The position numbers were made by a program, and so were the translations under genes. A stretch of DNA of 64,000 bases, taken from assembly GCA_902587025.1 (NCBI GenBank), contig CACIJJ010000002.1, positions 23,473-87,472 of the forward strand. Direction: 5' to 3'. Below the pieces are notes generated by a model. That model did no database searches, had not been told where the DNA came from, and saw only the letters and a list, made by a program, of their open reading frames with translations. Numbering within the stretch: the first letter of the stretch is position 1; each line of letters starts with the position of its first letter. The DNA comes from an uncultured Candidatus Actinomarina sp. Lineage in GTDB: Bacteria > Actinomycetota > Acidimicrobiia > Actinomarinales > Actinomarinaceae. Positions 9,446 through 20,270 of the stretch are shown one piece after another.

Positions 9446-10189
9446 ATGTTAAATATGATTGATTGTAAGTTTTATGTTATCCACAATTTAGAAGAGCGTA
9501 GATATAACAATATCATGTATCTTCTAGAAAAAAATAATATTCCAACTTCTAAAATTGAATTTATAAATCATCCAAACAAAAATGAACTTACATTTGAAAT
9601 TAAACGTAAAGCTGTACAGAGAAATGCAAAAATTAAAGACGGCTGGATAAGCTGTAGCTATAAACATTATTTAGCAATAGAAAAAATAGCCCATGGTAAC
9701 GAAGAATTTGGTGTAGTGATGGAAGATAATGTCGGAAGTTTTTATGAAAATGTTTATGAAAGATTAAGTAAATATTTAAAAGAACTTCCAACTGACTGGG
9801 ATATAATATATGACTCAGTATGGGGTGATTATTCCCTTCTTAATGAAGAAATAGTAACTAGTGAAAAGCTGGTTTACAAAAAAAGTAATGAAGTTACAAA
9901 AAATATAAACGGAAAAATTATTTCTCACGGAGGAACAAGAGCAGCTCAATTTTATTTTGTTAATAAAGCTGGTGCAAAAAAACTATATGATAATTTTTTA
10001 CCTTTCAACCATTCTGCAGATATGTGGATGAATGATGTACTAAGAAAAGCAAATATCAATTCATTTTGGTCTGAACCCTCGCTCGTAGTTTCAAAATTTA
10101 ATAACAAAACATCAACAAATTTAAATTTGAGAGAAAATTTTTTCTATATACTTAAATCAAAATATCACAATTACCGATTAGGCATTTAG
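9446..10189 (+). CDS. glycosyltransferase family 25-like (LOS/LPS beta-1,4-galactosyltransferase Lic2B/LgtB type)
   Basis: N-terminus KFYVIHNLEERRY and a CSYKHYLAIEKIA...FGVVMEDNV block resembling the GT25 GCxxSH...ILEDD region. The track ORF starts at 9296 and would overlap the minus-strand GT2, so an internal ATG (9446 or 9455) was chosen. Confidence 0.45.
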   Translation: MLNMIDCKFYVIHNLEERRYNNIMYLLEKNNIPTSKIEFINHPNKNELTFEIKRKAVQRNAKIKDGWISCSYKHYLAIEKIAHGNEEFGVVMEDNVGSFYENVYERLSKYLKELPTDWDIIYDSVWGDYSLLNEEIVTSEKLVYKKSNEVTKNINGKIISHGGTRAAQFYFVNKAGAKKLYDNFLPFNHSADMWMNDVLRKANINSFWSEPSLVVSKFNNKTSTNLNLRENFFYILKSKYHNYRLGI

Positions 10190-10215
10190 AAACATCGATT
10201 GACAAACTCTTTTTA

Positions 10216-10243
10216 TTGTTGACTTTGTTGATATGAGTATAAT
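10216..10243 (+). promoter_or_regulatory. candidate sigma70-like promoter upstream of 10334 gene
   Basis: TTGTTG/TTGACT around 10216-10224 and TATAAT at 10238-10243. Spacing is suboptimal. Confidence 0.2.
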
Positions 10244-10333
10244 TTATATAAAAAAACTAATAGATTGTAGATATAAAAGTTAAAAAGGATGAAAAGTTTT
10301 ATACTTATTTACTAATATCTTAAGTAACATTTC

Positions 10334-11176
10334 ATGAAAAATATAATAAAAATAATCTTTAGATTTTTGGGTTTTGTTGTTTTAAGAAATGAAAAAAACA
10401 ATAAGATACTCAAATATGAATACATATCAAAGAATGTATTAAGAAAAATTCAAAATACGAATTTAACATATGCCCGCATTCCAGAGCTTGATTCTAATGA
10501 TGAACAAATAATTCAAGTTGTATTCGAAAATAATTTGACAATGGCATCAATAGATAGACTAATAGAAACACTTTTTTCAGTAAAACATGTCATCAAATCA
10601 AATATTAAGGGTGATTTTGTGGAGTGTGGTTCTTGGCGAGGTGGGAATGCTATTGCAGCACAATTAAAAATGTACAATCTTGGGGAAGCTAGAAAAATTT
10701 ATTTATATGACACATTTGTTGGAATGACTGAGCCAAACCCAGAGCTTGACAATAGTATTCACCAAGAAGACAGCGTACTAGATTTCTATGATTCAAATCA
10801 GGAAGATGAATACAACAAGTGGTGTTTTGCTTCTAAAGAAGAAGTAAAAAGCAATTTCACCAAATATGGAAGAGGTCTTAGTGGAGTACATCTAATTAAA
10901 GGAGATGTTAAGGAGACTCTCAAAATTGAGGAAAATTTACCTCAAGAAATTTCTATCCTAAGATTAGACACTGATTGGTATGAATCTACCTTACTAGAGT
11001 TAGAAGTGTTATACCCAAGGCTTGTTAAAGGAGGAATACTTCTTATTGATGATTATGGGTATTGGAAGGGAGCCGAATTGGCTGTAGAAGAATATTTCTC
11101 CAGACCATACACTCCTAATAAACCATTTCTTGCACGATCAGATAATTACGGAAGAGTATTAATAAAAAATGACTAA
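10334..11176 (+). CDS. TylF/MycF-family macrocin-O-methyltransferase-like sugar O-methyltransferase
   Basis: DFVECGSWRGGNAIA, then YLYDTFVGMTEP, then RLDTDWYEST, then LIDDYGYWKG, which are the family signature blocks. Confidence 0.75.
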   Translation: MKNIIKIIFRFLGFVVLRNEKNNKILKYEYISKNVLRKIQNTNLTYARIPELDSNDEQIIQVVFENNLTMASIDRLIETLFSVKHVIKSNIKGDFVECGSWRGGNAIAAQLKMYNLGEARKIYLYDTFVGMTEPNPELDNSIHQEDSVLDFYDSNQEDEYNKWCFASKEEVKSNFTKYGRGLSGVHLIKGDVKETLKIEENLPQEISILRLDTDWYESTLLELEVLYPRLVKGGILLIDDYGYWKGAELAVEEYFSRPYTPNKPFLARSDNYGRVLIKND

Positions 11177-11984
11177 TACAATAAAAAAAATTATTAAAAA
11201 AATATTAAACAATTCCAATAAATCTAATATTAATCTAGTTGATACGTTTCCCTCTTTCATTCCAAATAGTAAGGGAAGTTATAAATATCTTGAAAAAATA
11301 ATTGTACAAAATATTAATAATTCTATTAAAGCAATTAACAATTTGAAATCAAAAGAGATAAATTTTTATTTAAAAACATCAGATTTTCCAGATACAATTA
11401 ATGCTCAGGATTTGAAAGACTTACTTGATAATTCAGGTTCGGACAAAGCAAATCATCATGATTACCATAAAGTTTATAGCTACATAATTGAAGACATTCA
11501 AAATGTAAAAAATATATTAGAAATTGGTATAGGAACAACAAACCCAAACGTAGTCTCTAACATGGGTACTCACGGGAAACCCGGCGCATCATTGATTGCT
11601 TTTTCTGAATTTTTGCAAAATGCCAATATTTACGGTGCTGATATTGATAAGGAAATTTTATTTACAGAAAATAATATTAAGTGTTTTCATATTGATCAAT
11701 TAGATATTGAGACATTTAAAGTTTTAGAAAAAATTAAATTTGACCTAATCATAGATGACGGACTTCATGCACAAATAGCAAATCTAAATACGTTAAAATT
11801 TGCTATGGAAAATCTTTCAAAAGGGAGCTGGTTTGTAGTTGAAGATATTCCTGATTATTCCCTAGACACCTGGGAAATTGTCTGCAAGTTATTAAATGAA
11901 GAACATTTTGTACGAATAGTAAAATCTACAAAGTCTTTTTTATTTATTTGTAAAATTAAAAGTAAAGAGAAAAGTTTATTTTAA
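11169..11984 (+). CDS. class I SAM-dependent methyltransferase (paralog of 32824-33669)
   Basis: ILEIGIGTTNPNVVSNMGTHGKPGASLIAFSEF...GADIDKEILF...IIDDGLHA. Shares a long colinear block with the minus-strand ORF at 32824. Confidence 0.55.
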   Translation: MTNTIKKIIKKILNNSNKSNINLVDTFPSFIPNSKGSYKYLEKIIVQNINNSIKAINNLKSKEINFYLKTSDFPDTINAQDLKDLLDNSGSDKANHHDYHKVYSYIIEDIQNVKNILEIGIGTTNPNVVSNMGTHGKPGASLIAFSEFLQNANIYGADIDKEILFTENNIKCFHIDQLDIETFKVLEKIKFDLIIDDGLHAQIANLNTLKFAMENLSKGSWFVVEDIPDYSLDTWEIVCKLLNEEHFVRIVKSTKSFLFICKIKSKEKSLF

Positions 11985-13487
11985 TTGAATAATTTAAAAA
12001 CTGTTTTAATAGATACAAAAATTCGAAAATTTTTAACTACAGCATTGTTCTTTGTTATTCTATTTGTCCATTTTACAAGTTTAAAAACTGGAATTGCTCA
12101 CAACACATCGTCTAATATATTACCGGGAATCGCCATACACTATGGGCTAGGTTTGCCCTACATTGACTACAACGTTATATATCCACCAGGTCTTTATCTG
12201 TTTTACTATATCATTGGTTTTTTTAAGATCAGTACTGCAATATTTTTCAAATATGTACATTTTGTCTTTGTAGCTATTTTTACTACTTTAAATTTGTACA
12301 TTTTTGATAAATTAAAAATTCCAAGGATTTATTTTTTAATTTCTACACTTATTTTACTAAGTCCTGAAGTCATATATTATGTTCTTCCGAATGATTTAAT
12401 TGTCAGCACTTTTGTTTCAATGGCATTTGCATGTTTCTTATTTTTCAAAAATGATGCGAATAAATTTTTGTTTGCAAGCCTTTTTTTTATGCTTGCAGGT
12501 TTAACAAAGGATTATTATTTGACTTTACTTATAATTCCATATTTTTATTTATTGAAAAAGTTTACTTTTAAGAATTTTGTTTACATAATATTTGGAAATT
12601 TAATTGGTTTAACTTTAGTTGTAATATATGTTGCTAATTTTAATTTAACAAACCATGTTTTAAACTTGTATCGATTTAAATTTGAGTCTTACTTTATTCA
12701 GTATGTATGGTTTTTACCAATAATTTTTTTAATATTTTTAGCTCTTCTATTGACTGGAAAATTTGCCAAGCTTTCAAATTTAGTTAATGAAATTGAAGAG
12801 AATTTAGTTTTTATTTATTTATATATTTCACTGCTATTCGCTTTATATATGGGGTTTGAAATTTATGGAGAATACAAAATTTACGGACACCATGCGATAC
12901 CATTTACTTATGGATTTTTTGTATTAGTATTTTTACTAACAAAAAGGGTAGTTAGAGAAGAGTCATATAACATTTCTCTATTTTTTATTTTATTTTATTT
13001 TATTTTTAATTTATTTATTCTTACACCAAGAAGTTCAACGTTTGACTCTTATATGAACGAAGGATATCTTAAATTTGATTTATCTAATTTTACAAATAGT
13101 CCAATTCATAATTACCCATCAAACATTTCAGATTTATTAGATGAAAACCCAGATTACCGTTTATATGTAGCATTTGGATGGGGGGGGCCTGATTTTTATT
13201 TAGAAAAAATGATACAGCCTTATTCCAGACTATGGATAATGCAATATAGAATCATTCCTGATTTTGATTACGAAATATCTACTTTAAAAAATAAATTTAT
13301 AGAAGACCCTCCAGAAGTTTTAGAGTACTGCGGTCTTTCAGACTACTGTCCAACTGATATGGATAATGTTGGATTTGAAGAAAAATACATACCATATGGA
13401 GAGATAGTAACTAATTGTTATGAAGATTTAAAAAACAATTTTTATTTATTAACAAATAAAGAGTGTGTAAAAAATTTATTTAATTAG
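11985..13487 (+). CDS. polytopic membrane protein with C-terminal soluble domain (possible GT-C-fold transferase)
   Basis: 500 aa. TTG start immediately after the upstream stop. About 9 TM segments followed by a roughly 160-aa hydrophilic C-terminus. Confidence 0.4.
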   Translation: MNNLKTVLIDTKIRKFLTTALFFVILFVHFTSLKTGIAHNTSSNILPGIAIHYGLGLPYIDYNVIYPPGLYLFYYIIGFFKISTAIFFKYVHFVFVAIFTTLNLYIFDKLKIPRIYFLISTLILLSPEVIYYVLPNDLIVSTFVSMAFACFLFFKNDANKFLFASLFFMLAGLTKDYYLTLLIIPYFYLLKKFTFKNFVYIIFGNLIGLTLVVIYVANFNLTNHVLNLYRFKFESYFIQYVWFLPIIFLIFLALLLTGKFAKLSNLVNEIEENLVFIYLYISLLFALYMGFEIYGEYKIYGHHAIPFTYGFFVLVFLLTKRVVREESYNISLFFILFYFIFNLFILTPRSSTFDSYMNEGYLKFDLSNFTNSPIHNYPSNISDLLDENPDYRLYVAFGWGGPDFYLEKMIQPYSRLWIMQYRIIPDFDYEISTLKNKFIEDPPEVLEYCGLSDYCPTDMDNVGFEEKYIPYGEIVTNCYEDLKNNFYLLTNKECVKNLFN

Positions 13488-14330
13488 GTATTTTTTTAAC
13501 TTTTTATTATGTATGTGTAAATTAGCTACTTCGTAAGTTTTATTTTCATACCTAACAATTGGTCCTGTTTTTTTGAATTCTGGTTTGTATTTATTAATAT
13601 ACATATCTTCTCCTAAATATTGATTTGTACTCATTTCTTTAAGCCTTTTTTTTCTTGATTTCTTTTTATTATGGAAACCACTTAAATATTGACCATAGCT
13701 TGCTGGATCAAACAGAATAGAACTTTTCTTGTTTGGTAATGAATTTAATATATTAAAAAGTGTTGGTTCAAGCTTGTATACGATATTCAATATCACCATT
13801 TCATTTAACCTATTACCTTCATAATATTTTTTTTCATAAAACTCGACATTAGAAAATATTTCAAATACTTTATCAGCTAGATTTTTAAGCAACAGAATTT
13901 TTGGGAAATAGCTGTAACTAAAATTTAGAAAGATATTACTTACTTGTGTGATATTAATTTTTTCTTTAGAGAATTCATTTTGTAATTCGTTAAAGGATTT
14001 ATAAATAAGAACATCGTTATCAAAGTGAACAAAATTATCTATATCTAACATCAACGCAACATCTAAAATAGCAAAAATTCTTTTTAAGGATGCTTCCCAT
14101 AAAATATTTTCTTCATTATCAAAATAATTCAGGTTTTTTATTGATTCATCAATTTCATTCAAATAAGGAGTATCTATTTCTTCTAAGTTTATGTTTTGAA
14201 TATCTTCTATTGAAGTTGATTTGTCTGTAGCTAGGATAATATTTGAATTTTTATCGACTTTTTCAATATTTTTGATACAGAATTTTAGATGATTAGGTAT
14301 TTCTCCAAAGTTTACAAGTATGTAGTTCAT
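13476..14330 (-). CDS. putative DxD-motif glycosyltransferase-like protein (paralog of 46205-47089)
   Basis: The N-terminal block ILVNFGEIPNHLKFCIKN...NIILATDKS and FVHFDNDVL (DxD) resemble the 46205 ORF. Family not identified. Confidence 0.35.
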   Translation of the reverse strand: MNYILVNFGEIPNHLKFCIKNIEKVDKNSNIILATDKSTSIEDIQNINLEEIDTPYLNEIDESIKNLNYFDNEENILWEASLKRIFAILDVALMLDIDNFVHFDNDVLIYKSFNELQNEFSKEKINITQVSNIFLNFSYSYFPKILLLKNLADKVFEIFSNVEFYEKKYYEGNRLNEMVILNIVYKLEPTLFNILNSLPNKKSSILFDPASYGQYLSGFHNKKKSRKKRLKEMSTNQYLGEDMYINKYKPEFKKTGPIVRYENKTYEVANLHIHNKKLKKYLIK

Positions 14331-14429
14331 TAGTTATTTTCTAGTTAATTATACTTATCAACAACATTAAATTAATATTGAGTAATAAGTTGAGCTTTTT
14401 AAATTAATTTATTTTTTTAAAAAAATTTT

Positions 14430-15191
14430 ATGAACAAATATCAATATAATCTCTCTGGTAAGCACCAATCAATGTTTGATGGTGATATGAGGATAAATAA
14501 AGCATCAAAAACACTTGCCGTACTACAAGATTTTTTAACAGATACTAAAGGGTTAATACTTTTAGATATAGGTTGTTCATCTGGAATAATGACTAAAGAA
14601 TATTCGAAATCTTTTAAGAAGGTATTTGGTATAGATATAGACGAACAAGCTGTTGAATTTGCAAAAAAAAATTTTCAATCTACAAATATTGAATACATTG
14701 TTTCACCCATTGAAGAGTCCAATTTTGCACCAGGAACTATAGATGTAATAACATGTTCACATATTTATGAACATGTACCTTCTTCTGAGCTTTTATTTAA
14801 GAAAATTTATGAGTTACTTAAACCTGGTGGAGTTTGTTACTTCGCTGCACAGAATAGATATAATTTAAATATAATTGAAGCCCATTACAATCTCCCTTTC
14901 CTTTCGTGGATTCCAAAAAAAATTGCGAATATATACATAAAATACACCAGAAACGAGAATGAATATTATGAAACTCATTTGTCGTATAGAAACTTAAAAA
15001 AGTTAGTTAATAAATTTCAAGTATTTGATTATACTTTTAAAATTTTGAGAAATCCTAAACAATTTTCTGCAGAAGAGATGTTTAGAGAAGGATCTTTTAG
15101 ACAAAAACTTTATATCTATCTTGGAAAGATTTTATATGTTTTCTTTCCTACATATATATGGGTACTAAAAAAGCCTAATAATCAAAAATAA
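14430..15191 (+). CDS. class I SAM-dependent methyltransferase
   Basis: LLDIGCSSGIMT (motif I), VFGIDIDEQAVEFAKKN (motif II) and LKPGGVCYFA (post II). Confidence 0.7.
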   Translation: MNKYQYNLSGKHQSMFDGDMRINKASKTLAVLQDFLTDTKGLILLDIGCSSGIMTKEYSKSFKKVFGIDIDEQAVEFAKKNFQSTNIEYIVSPIEESNFAPGTIDVITCSHIYEHVPSSELLFKKIYELLKPGGVCYFAAQNRYNLNIIEAHYNLPFLSWIPKKIANIYIKYTRNENEYYETHLSYRNLKKLVNKFQVFDYTFKILRNPKQFSAEEMFREGSFRQKLYIYLGKILYVFFPTYIWVLKKPNNQK

Positions 15192-16214
15192 CTATTTAAA
15201 AAAATCTTGAATCAGTTTTTTTGAATTTAATTCAATTTGATTCAAACTATTTTCCCATTTATAAATAGTAAATAATATTTCATCCATACTTGTGTCACTA
15301 TGCCAGCCTAAAATGTTTTTTGCTTTAGATGAATCCAGCTTCAAAATAGCTACATCTTCTATATCATTATTTTTTTCTATTTTGATTTCCACTTCGGCTC
15401 CCCAGATTTTATTCATCTTTTTTGCAATATCAATCACTTTAAAATGAGAATTTTTGTCTGAATTTAAATTGAATTTACCATGAACAGAACTTTTTATACT
15501 CTTCTCAGCAGCAAGTATGTAACCAAAAAGTGAATCAAGGACATATTGCCAGGGTCTAATTGAATTGGGATTTCTTAAGATAATATTATTCTTACTGTTT
15601 AGAGATTCAACCAAGTCTGGAATTAATCTATCTTTAGCATTATCTCCTGGCCCCAGAACATTTCCAGACCTAATTACAGTCACTTTTAAATTATTATTTA
15701 TAGAGTTGAGATATGTATCAATTACATTTTCTGCCGCAACTTTACTCATGCTGTAAAACTCTTTACCACCTAATACATCATCTTCGGTGTTTTCGATTTC
15801 TGAATCTCTGTAAACCTTATCAGTTGTTGAAATGATTAAAGCAGCGTCACTAGCATATTTATCCACCATTTCTAAAATATTGAAAGTACCTAAAATATTT
15901 GTCTTTAGAGTTAAGCTTGGATTATTTTTTGCCTCTGAGACAATTGATTGTGCAGCTAAATGAAAAATTACATCAAAATTGTTTTCTATAAATAAATTTT
16001 CAAATTCAGTGCTTTTTTCACTTATATCTAGCGTATACTCTTTTTCTAAATAGTTTTTGCTATGAAGATCATATAACTTTGATGAGTTTGAGTTATTAGA
16101 TACCCCAAAAACTTTTGCACCATATTCATTTAGCATAAGTGCAAGCCAACAACCTTTAAAGCCCGAATGGCCTGTTATCAGAATGTTTTTATTTTCCCAA
16201 AAAACTTTATCCAT
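15192..16214 (-). CDS. rfbG: CDP-glucose 4,6-dehydratase-like NAD-dependent dehydratase (RfbG/DdhB type)
   Basis: The N-terminus FWENKNILITGHSGFKGCWLALML matches the characteristic RfbG FWxxKxVxVTGHTGFKGSWL. YSMSK is the YxxxK. Confidence 0.6.
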   Translation of the reverse strand: MDKVFWENKNILITGHSGFKGCWLALMLNEYGAKVFGVSNNSNSSKLYDLHSKNYLEKEYTLDISEKSTEFENLFIENNFDVIFHLAAQSIVSEAKNNPSLTLKTNILGTFNILEMVDKYASDAALIISTTDKVYRDSEIENTEDDVLGGKEFYSMSKVAAENVIDTYLNSINNNLKVTVIRSGNVLGPGDNAKDRLIPDLVESLNSKNNIILRNPNSIRPWQYVLDSLFGYILAAEKSIKSSVHGKFNLNSDKNSHFKVIDIAKKMNKIWGAEVEIKIEKNNDIEDVAILKLDSSKAKNILGWHSDTSMDEILFTIYKWENSLNQIELNSKKLIQDFFK

Positions 16215-16332
16215 TTGTTAGCTATTTTAATGCATTGATTTAAATTATTTGATCATGAGAATTTAATTAATTTCCTTACTTTTTTCAACATGAGATGGTT
16301 TAAGTGCTTGCAAGTGTTAAATTTATTTATGT

Positions 16333-17946
16333 ATGATAAAAAAGATTCAATCTATTTTTTCAAAAGTATTGTATGTATCTAAACTAACAAAAGTCAAAAA
16401 TAAAAAATATAGAATCGCAGCATCAGTGATGCTCTCTAATTTAGCAGTCGGTATGGATGTTTTAATAATTGTCCTATTTGCATCTATTTTAAATAATGAA
16501 ATTTATTATGAAAATGAAACAATAGTTAGTTTTTTTGATTTTATGATTTCAAATGTATATTTACTTCCATTTTTGGTTGTATTTAGGTTTTCCTTTTTAT
16601 TTATTGAAAGACTAAATATTGAAGATTTAAGCTTAAAAGTAAATGAAAGTCTGAAAAATTACTTATTAACCTTGTCTTTTGAAAAAGGCAATATGTCTTC
16701 TAATGATTCTTATTACTTCATAAACCAAGTAAGTATGCATGCCTCAGCTTTTTATAGATCATTTACTATGTTTATAAATAGTCTGATTCAAATTATTGGA
16801 TATTCAATAGTCCTTTTGTTTACGGACCCAAGTACTTTTATATATTTTGCTGTTGGTGCTTTAGTCCTTGTTATACCGACTAGATTCCTTTTGAGAAAAG
16901 GAAAGTATTACCAGCATCTTTCATTTGAAGAAGGAAGGCGTCTAAATTCATATATACAAAGAGTAATTGATAATGTTTTTTTAATAAAAATATTATCAAC
17001 GATGAAATATGAGTTTAAGAAATTTTCGGAAACAGTTGGAGATTTCAATAAATACCAAATTAGAAATATTTATTATGGATCGCTAAATAGTATACTTCCT
17101 ACTTTCGGCACATTATTTATTTTGGCTCTGCTGTTCACAACTGATATTGTCAAACAATTGTCTTTAGAGTTTATAGGAGTTCTTTTAAGATTATTTCAGT
17201 CACTTAGTGCCTTAAACAATGGCTTTAACTTACTTGTTAATTCTAGTGTTCATGTAGAGGAACTTTATAAACTTGATACGTCAAGCCCTGTTGTCGTGAA
17301 ATCTAATTATATAATAAGTAAGTCGCAAAAGAATGCAGTTGAATTTTCCAATGTTAGCTTTCAGTATCTTAATTCAGAAATTTTTATTTTTGAGAATCTA
17401 AATTTAAATATAAAAGATAAATCTCATACTATATTAACTGGACCTAACGGATCAGGAAAAAGTACTATTTTAGGATTAATTTCTGGGCTATATTTACCAA
17501 AATCAGGAATTGTAAGTATTAATAGCCCTAATAAAGGATATGTTGGAGTAACCCCTTTAATCACCCAAGACACATTACGGAACAATTTTTTGTATGGAAA
17601 TAAAATGGAAATAAAAGACAAAAAGATATTAGATTTGATGGAAGAATTTAATTTTTTTGCTTCTATAAAGGACGGAGATTTAGATAGAATCATTGATAAT
17701 AAATCACTATCTTCTGGTCAATTACAAAAAGTCTCATTTATAAGGTCATTATTAAATAATGTAGAAATACTCTTACTTGATGAATCAACATCTAATCTTG
17801 ATTCAGAAGCTAAGAAATTAATTTTTGATATTCTTAGTAATAAAAATATTACAATAATTAATTCAACTCATTCAAAAGAAGATTTTAATTATCATAATGA
17901 AATAAAAATTGAAGTAGATGAGGATACAAGGAAAATTATTTTTTAG
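16333..17946 (+). CDS. ABC exporter, fused transmembrane + ATP-binding domains (MsbA/PglK-like half transporter)
   Basis: N-terminal roughly 300 aa with about 6 TM segments. C-terminal Walker A LTGPNGSGKST, signature LSSGQLQK, Walker B LLLDESTSNLD. Confidence 0.7.
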   Translation: MIKKIQSIFSKVLYVSKLTKVKNKKYRIAASVMLSNLAVGMDVLIIVLFASILNNEIYYENETIVSFFDFMISNVYLLPFLVVFRFSFLFIERLNIEDLSLKVNESLKNYLLTLSFEKGNMSSNDSYYFINQVSMHASAFYRSFTMFINSLIQIIGYSIVLLFTDPSTFIYFAVGALVLVIPTRFLLRKGKYYQHLSFEEGRRLNSYIQRVIDNVFLIKILSTMKYEFKKFSETVGDFNKYQIRNIYYGSLNSILPTFGTLFILALLFTTDIVKQLSLEFIGVLLRLFQSLSALNNGFNLLVNSSVHVEELYKLDTSSPVVVKSNYIISKSQKNAVEFSNVSFQYLNSEIFIFENLNLNIKDKSHTILTGPNGSGKSTILGLISGLYLPKSGIVSINSPNKGYVGVTPLITQDTLRNNFLYGNKMEIKDKKILDLMEEFNFFASIKDGDLDRIIDNKSLSSGQLQKVSFIRSLLNNVEILLLDESTSNLDSEAKKLIFDILSNKNITIINSTHSKEDFNYHNEIKIEVDEDTRKIIF

Positions 17947-17961
17947 CCTTCCAATTGAATT

Positions 17962-19083
17962 TCAGTAATTAATTAGATTTGAGTAGTCGTTATATTCTTT
18001 ATCTAAAAAGTTCTTAAGTGAATTATTTCTTTCAATTTTACGAAAAGCATTAAGTGAAATATTATGACATTGTTCTGGTTTTGAAAGTAAATTTTTTATA
18101 ATCTCAATTAAGTTATCTTTCTCCTTTTCAAAGAGAATACCATTAATATTATTGTCAATTATTTCAATATTATTAGGTATGTTATTTGCAATTACAACAC
18201 AACCTGCTGCCATTGCTTCCAGAATGGTTTTAGAATTTCCTTCATAATCAGATACTGAGAGATATATTTTATATTGTTTATAAGTCTCTAGTAATTCAGA
18301 GTTATCAACTCTTCCCATGAAAGATATATTATTTACATCGAAAGCCTCTTTCTTTAGCTGTTCTGATAAAGACCCTTCTCCATAAATATCAATAAACAAA
18401 TCACTATTTCTAACTTTTTCAATAACGAAATCAATATTTTTTTGTTTTTCTAACCTTCCTACCATTAATATATTGTTCTTCCTAGCCTTTTCTGAAAATT
18501 GTTCATCAACCTTTACCCAGTTTGGCCTTAAAGCTAATTTTGATTTTCTAAATAAATAATGTTTTTTGATGAAATCAAAATCATTTTTTGAAGTTACGCT
18601 GTAGAGGTTACAAAAAATTAATCCAACTTGAGTGAGTAAATAATAAAAATATCTTTTGTATATCGGCTTTCTTTCATTAACACTAAATTTGTAAATATCA
18701 TAACCAGTTCTAATAAACAGGGGTTTGAAACTAATTAGTTTTAATGCAATAGCTATCCAAGCCCCCCATAGTTGATTTGTTTTGATTAGATCAAATTTTA
18801 ATTTTATCTTAAACTTTATAAGAAAAGGTATGTAAGTACTTTTTAAAATGTCGATATACTTAAGATTTCTTTTTTTCAAATATTCATAAACAGGTATTAC
18901 ATTAATACCGTCAAACTCTGTTAGGAATTTTCTATCTTGAATGTCACCATAGGAAACTAATGTAAATTCTATATTATATTTTTTTGACATTACATTATAA
19001 AGCTCTAGCTCTCTTGAAAGCAATCCGCTTTCATGCCAGTTTTTTAAAGAGATTCCATATGTTAAAAAAATAAGAACATTCAT
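17962..19083 (-). CDS. GT4 (GT-B fold) glycosyltransferase
   Basis: C-terminal EGNSKTILEAMAAGCVVIA (E-x7-E motif). Confidence 0.7.
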   Translation of the reverse strand: MNVLIFLTYGISLKNWHESGLLSRELELYNVMSKKYNIEFTLVSYGDIQDRKFLTEFDGINVIPVYEYLKKRNLKYIDILKSTYIPFLIKFKIKLKFDLIKTNQLWGAWIAIALKLISFKPLFIRTGYDIYKFSVNERKPIYKRYFYYLLTQVGLIFCNLYSVTSKNDFDFIKKHYLFRKSKLALRPNWVKVDEQFSEKARKNNILMVGRLEKQKNIDFVIEKVRNSDLFIDIYGEGSLSEQLKKEAFDVNNISFMGRVDNSELLETYKQYKIYLSVSDYEGNSKTILEAMAAGCVVIANNIPNNIEIIDNNINGILFEKEKDNLIEIIKNLLSKPEQCHNISLNAFRKIERNNSLKNFLDKEYNDYSNLINY

Positions 19084-19126
19084 TTAAATAGCTACTGTAT
19101 ATATATAATGTATCATAAACTACTTA

Positions 19127-20269
19127 TTGATGGACAAATTACTTTTAATTCATAATAATTATCAGAATATTGGTGGAGAAGACATTGCGGTTAGACAAGA
19201 AATTGAATTTTTAAAAAAACATTTTGAATTAAGAGAATTAATATTTGATAACAGTGAACTAAGAACCCCAAGCCAATTATTTAATTTTTTATTTAACTCA
19301 AATAGGAAAAGTAAAAAAAGAGTTTTAAAAGAGATTGAAGAATTTAATCCTGACGTAGCATATGTTCACAATACTTGGTTCTCGGCATCTCTTAGTATTT
19401 TTAAAGCTTTAAAGTCCAAAAATATTAAAGTTATCTTAAAACTTCACAATTACAGATTTTTTTGTACTCGATCATATTTAATTAATAATCATATACAAAA
19501 CGAATACTGTATGGCTTGTGGAATTAGGAAAAAATATTTTTCTTTTTTTAATAAATATTTTAAAGAAAGTTACCTAAAGTCTTTTTTGGTAAATAGATAT
19601 GGTAGAAAATATTATAAAATTATTAAGAATCTTGACGGAACTATAGTTTGTCTTACTGAATTTCAAAGAAATTTTTTAAGAAATTTAGGTTTTAGAAATC
19701 GAATCGAGACCCTTCCAAACAACTTACACTCTCAGTTTGAATTTACAAATTCAAAGAAGGAAAATAATGTTATATATGCAGGTAGAATCTCCGAGGAAAA
19801 AGGTATTGAAGAGTTAATCACTTCTTTTAGAGATGCAGGACTAAAGAAAACAAGACTTGTCATTATTGGAGATGGACCAGACCATAAATATTTAGTTAAT
19901 AAATATGGTGACATGGTAAATATTTCATTTCTTGGTTATAAGACTAATTTTGAAACTTTGAAACTTATTGCAAATTCTAAAGCAGTAGTAACAGCAACAA
20001 AACTTTATGAAGGGCAACCTACATTGTTAACAGAGGCATCTCTACACGGCACTCCATCTATATTTCCTGATACTGGCGGAGTGAGTGAATTCTTTCCAAA
20101 GGATTATCCACTTATGTTTGAGCAGTTTAATTATTTTGATTTAATATCCAAAATGCAATTAGTTGAAGATGAAAAATTAATTGTAGAACTCGGAAGTCTT
20201 GCCAGAGAGCATATAGAAAATAGTTTAAAAGATGAATATCTAATCAAAAAATTTAAGGAATTTTTTTAA
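19127..20269 (+). CDS. GT4 (GT-B fold) glycosyltransferase
   Basis: EGQPTLLTEASLHGTPSIFPDTGG motif. 380 aa. Confidence 0.65.
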   Translation: MMDKLLLIHNNYQNIGGEDIAVRQEIEFLKKHFELRELIFDNSELRTPSQLFNFLFNSNRKSKKRVLKEIEEFNPDVAYVHNTWFSASLSIFKALKSKNIKVILKLHNYRFFCTRSYLINNHIQNEYCMACGIRKKYFSFFNKYFKESYLKSFLVNRYGRKYYKIIKNLDGTIVCLTEFQRNFLRNLGFRNRIETLPNNLHSQFEFTNSKKENNVIYAGRISEEKGIEELITSFRDAGLKKTRLVIIGDGPDHKYLVNKYGDMVNISFLGYKTNFETLKLIANSKAVVTATKLYEGQPTLLTEASLHGTPSIFPDTGGVSEFFPKDYPLMFEQFNYFDLISKMQLVEDEKLIVELGSLAREHIENSLKDEYLIKKFKEFF

Positions 20270-20270
20270 G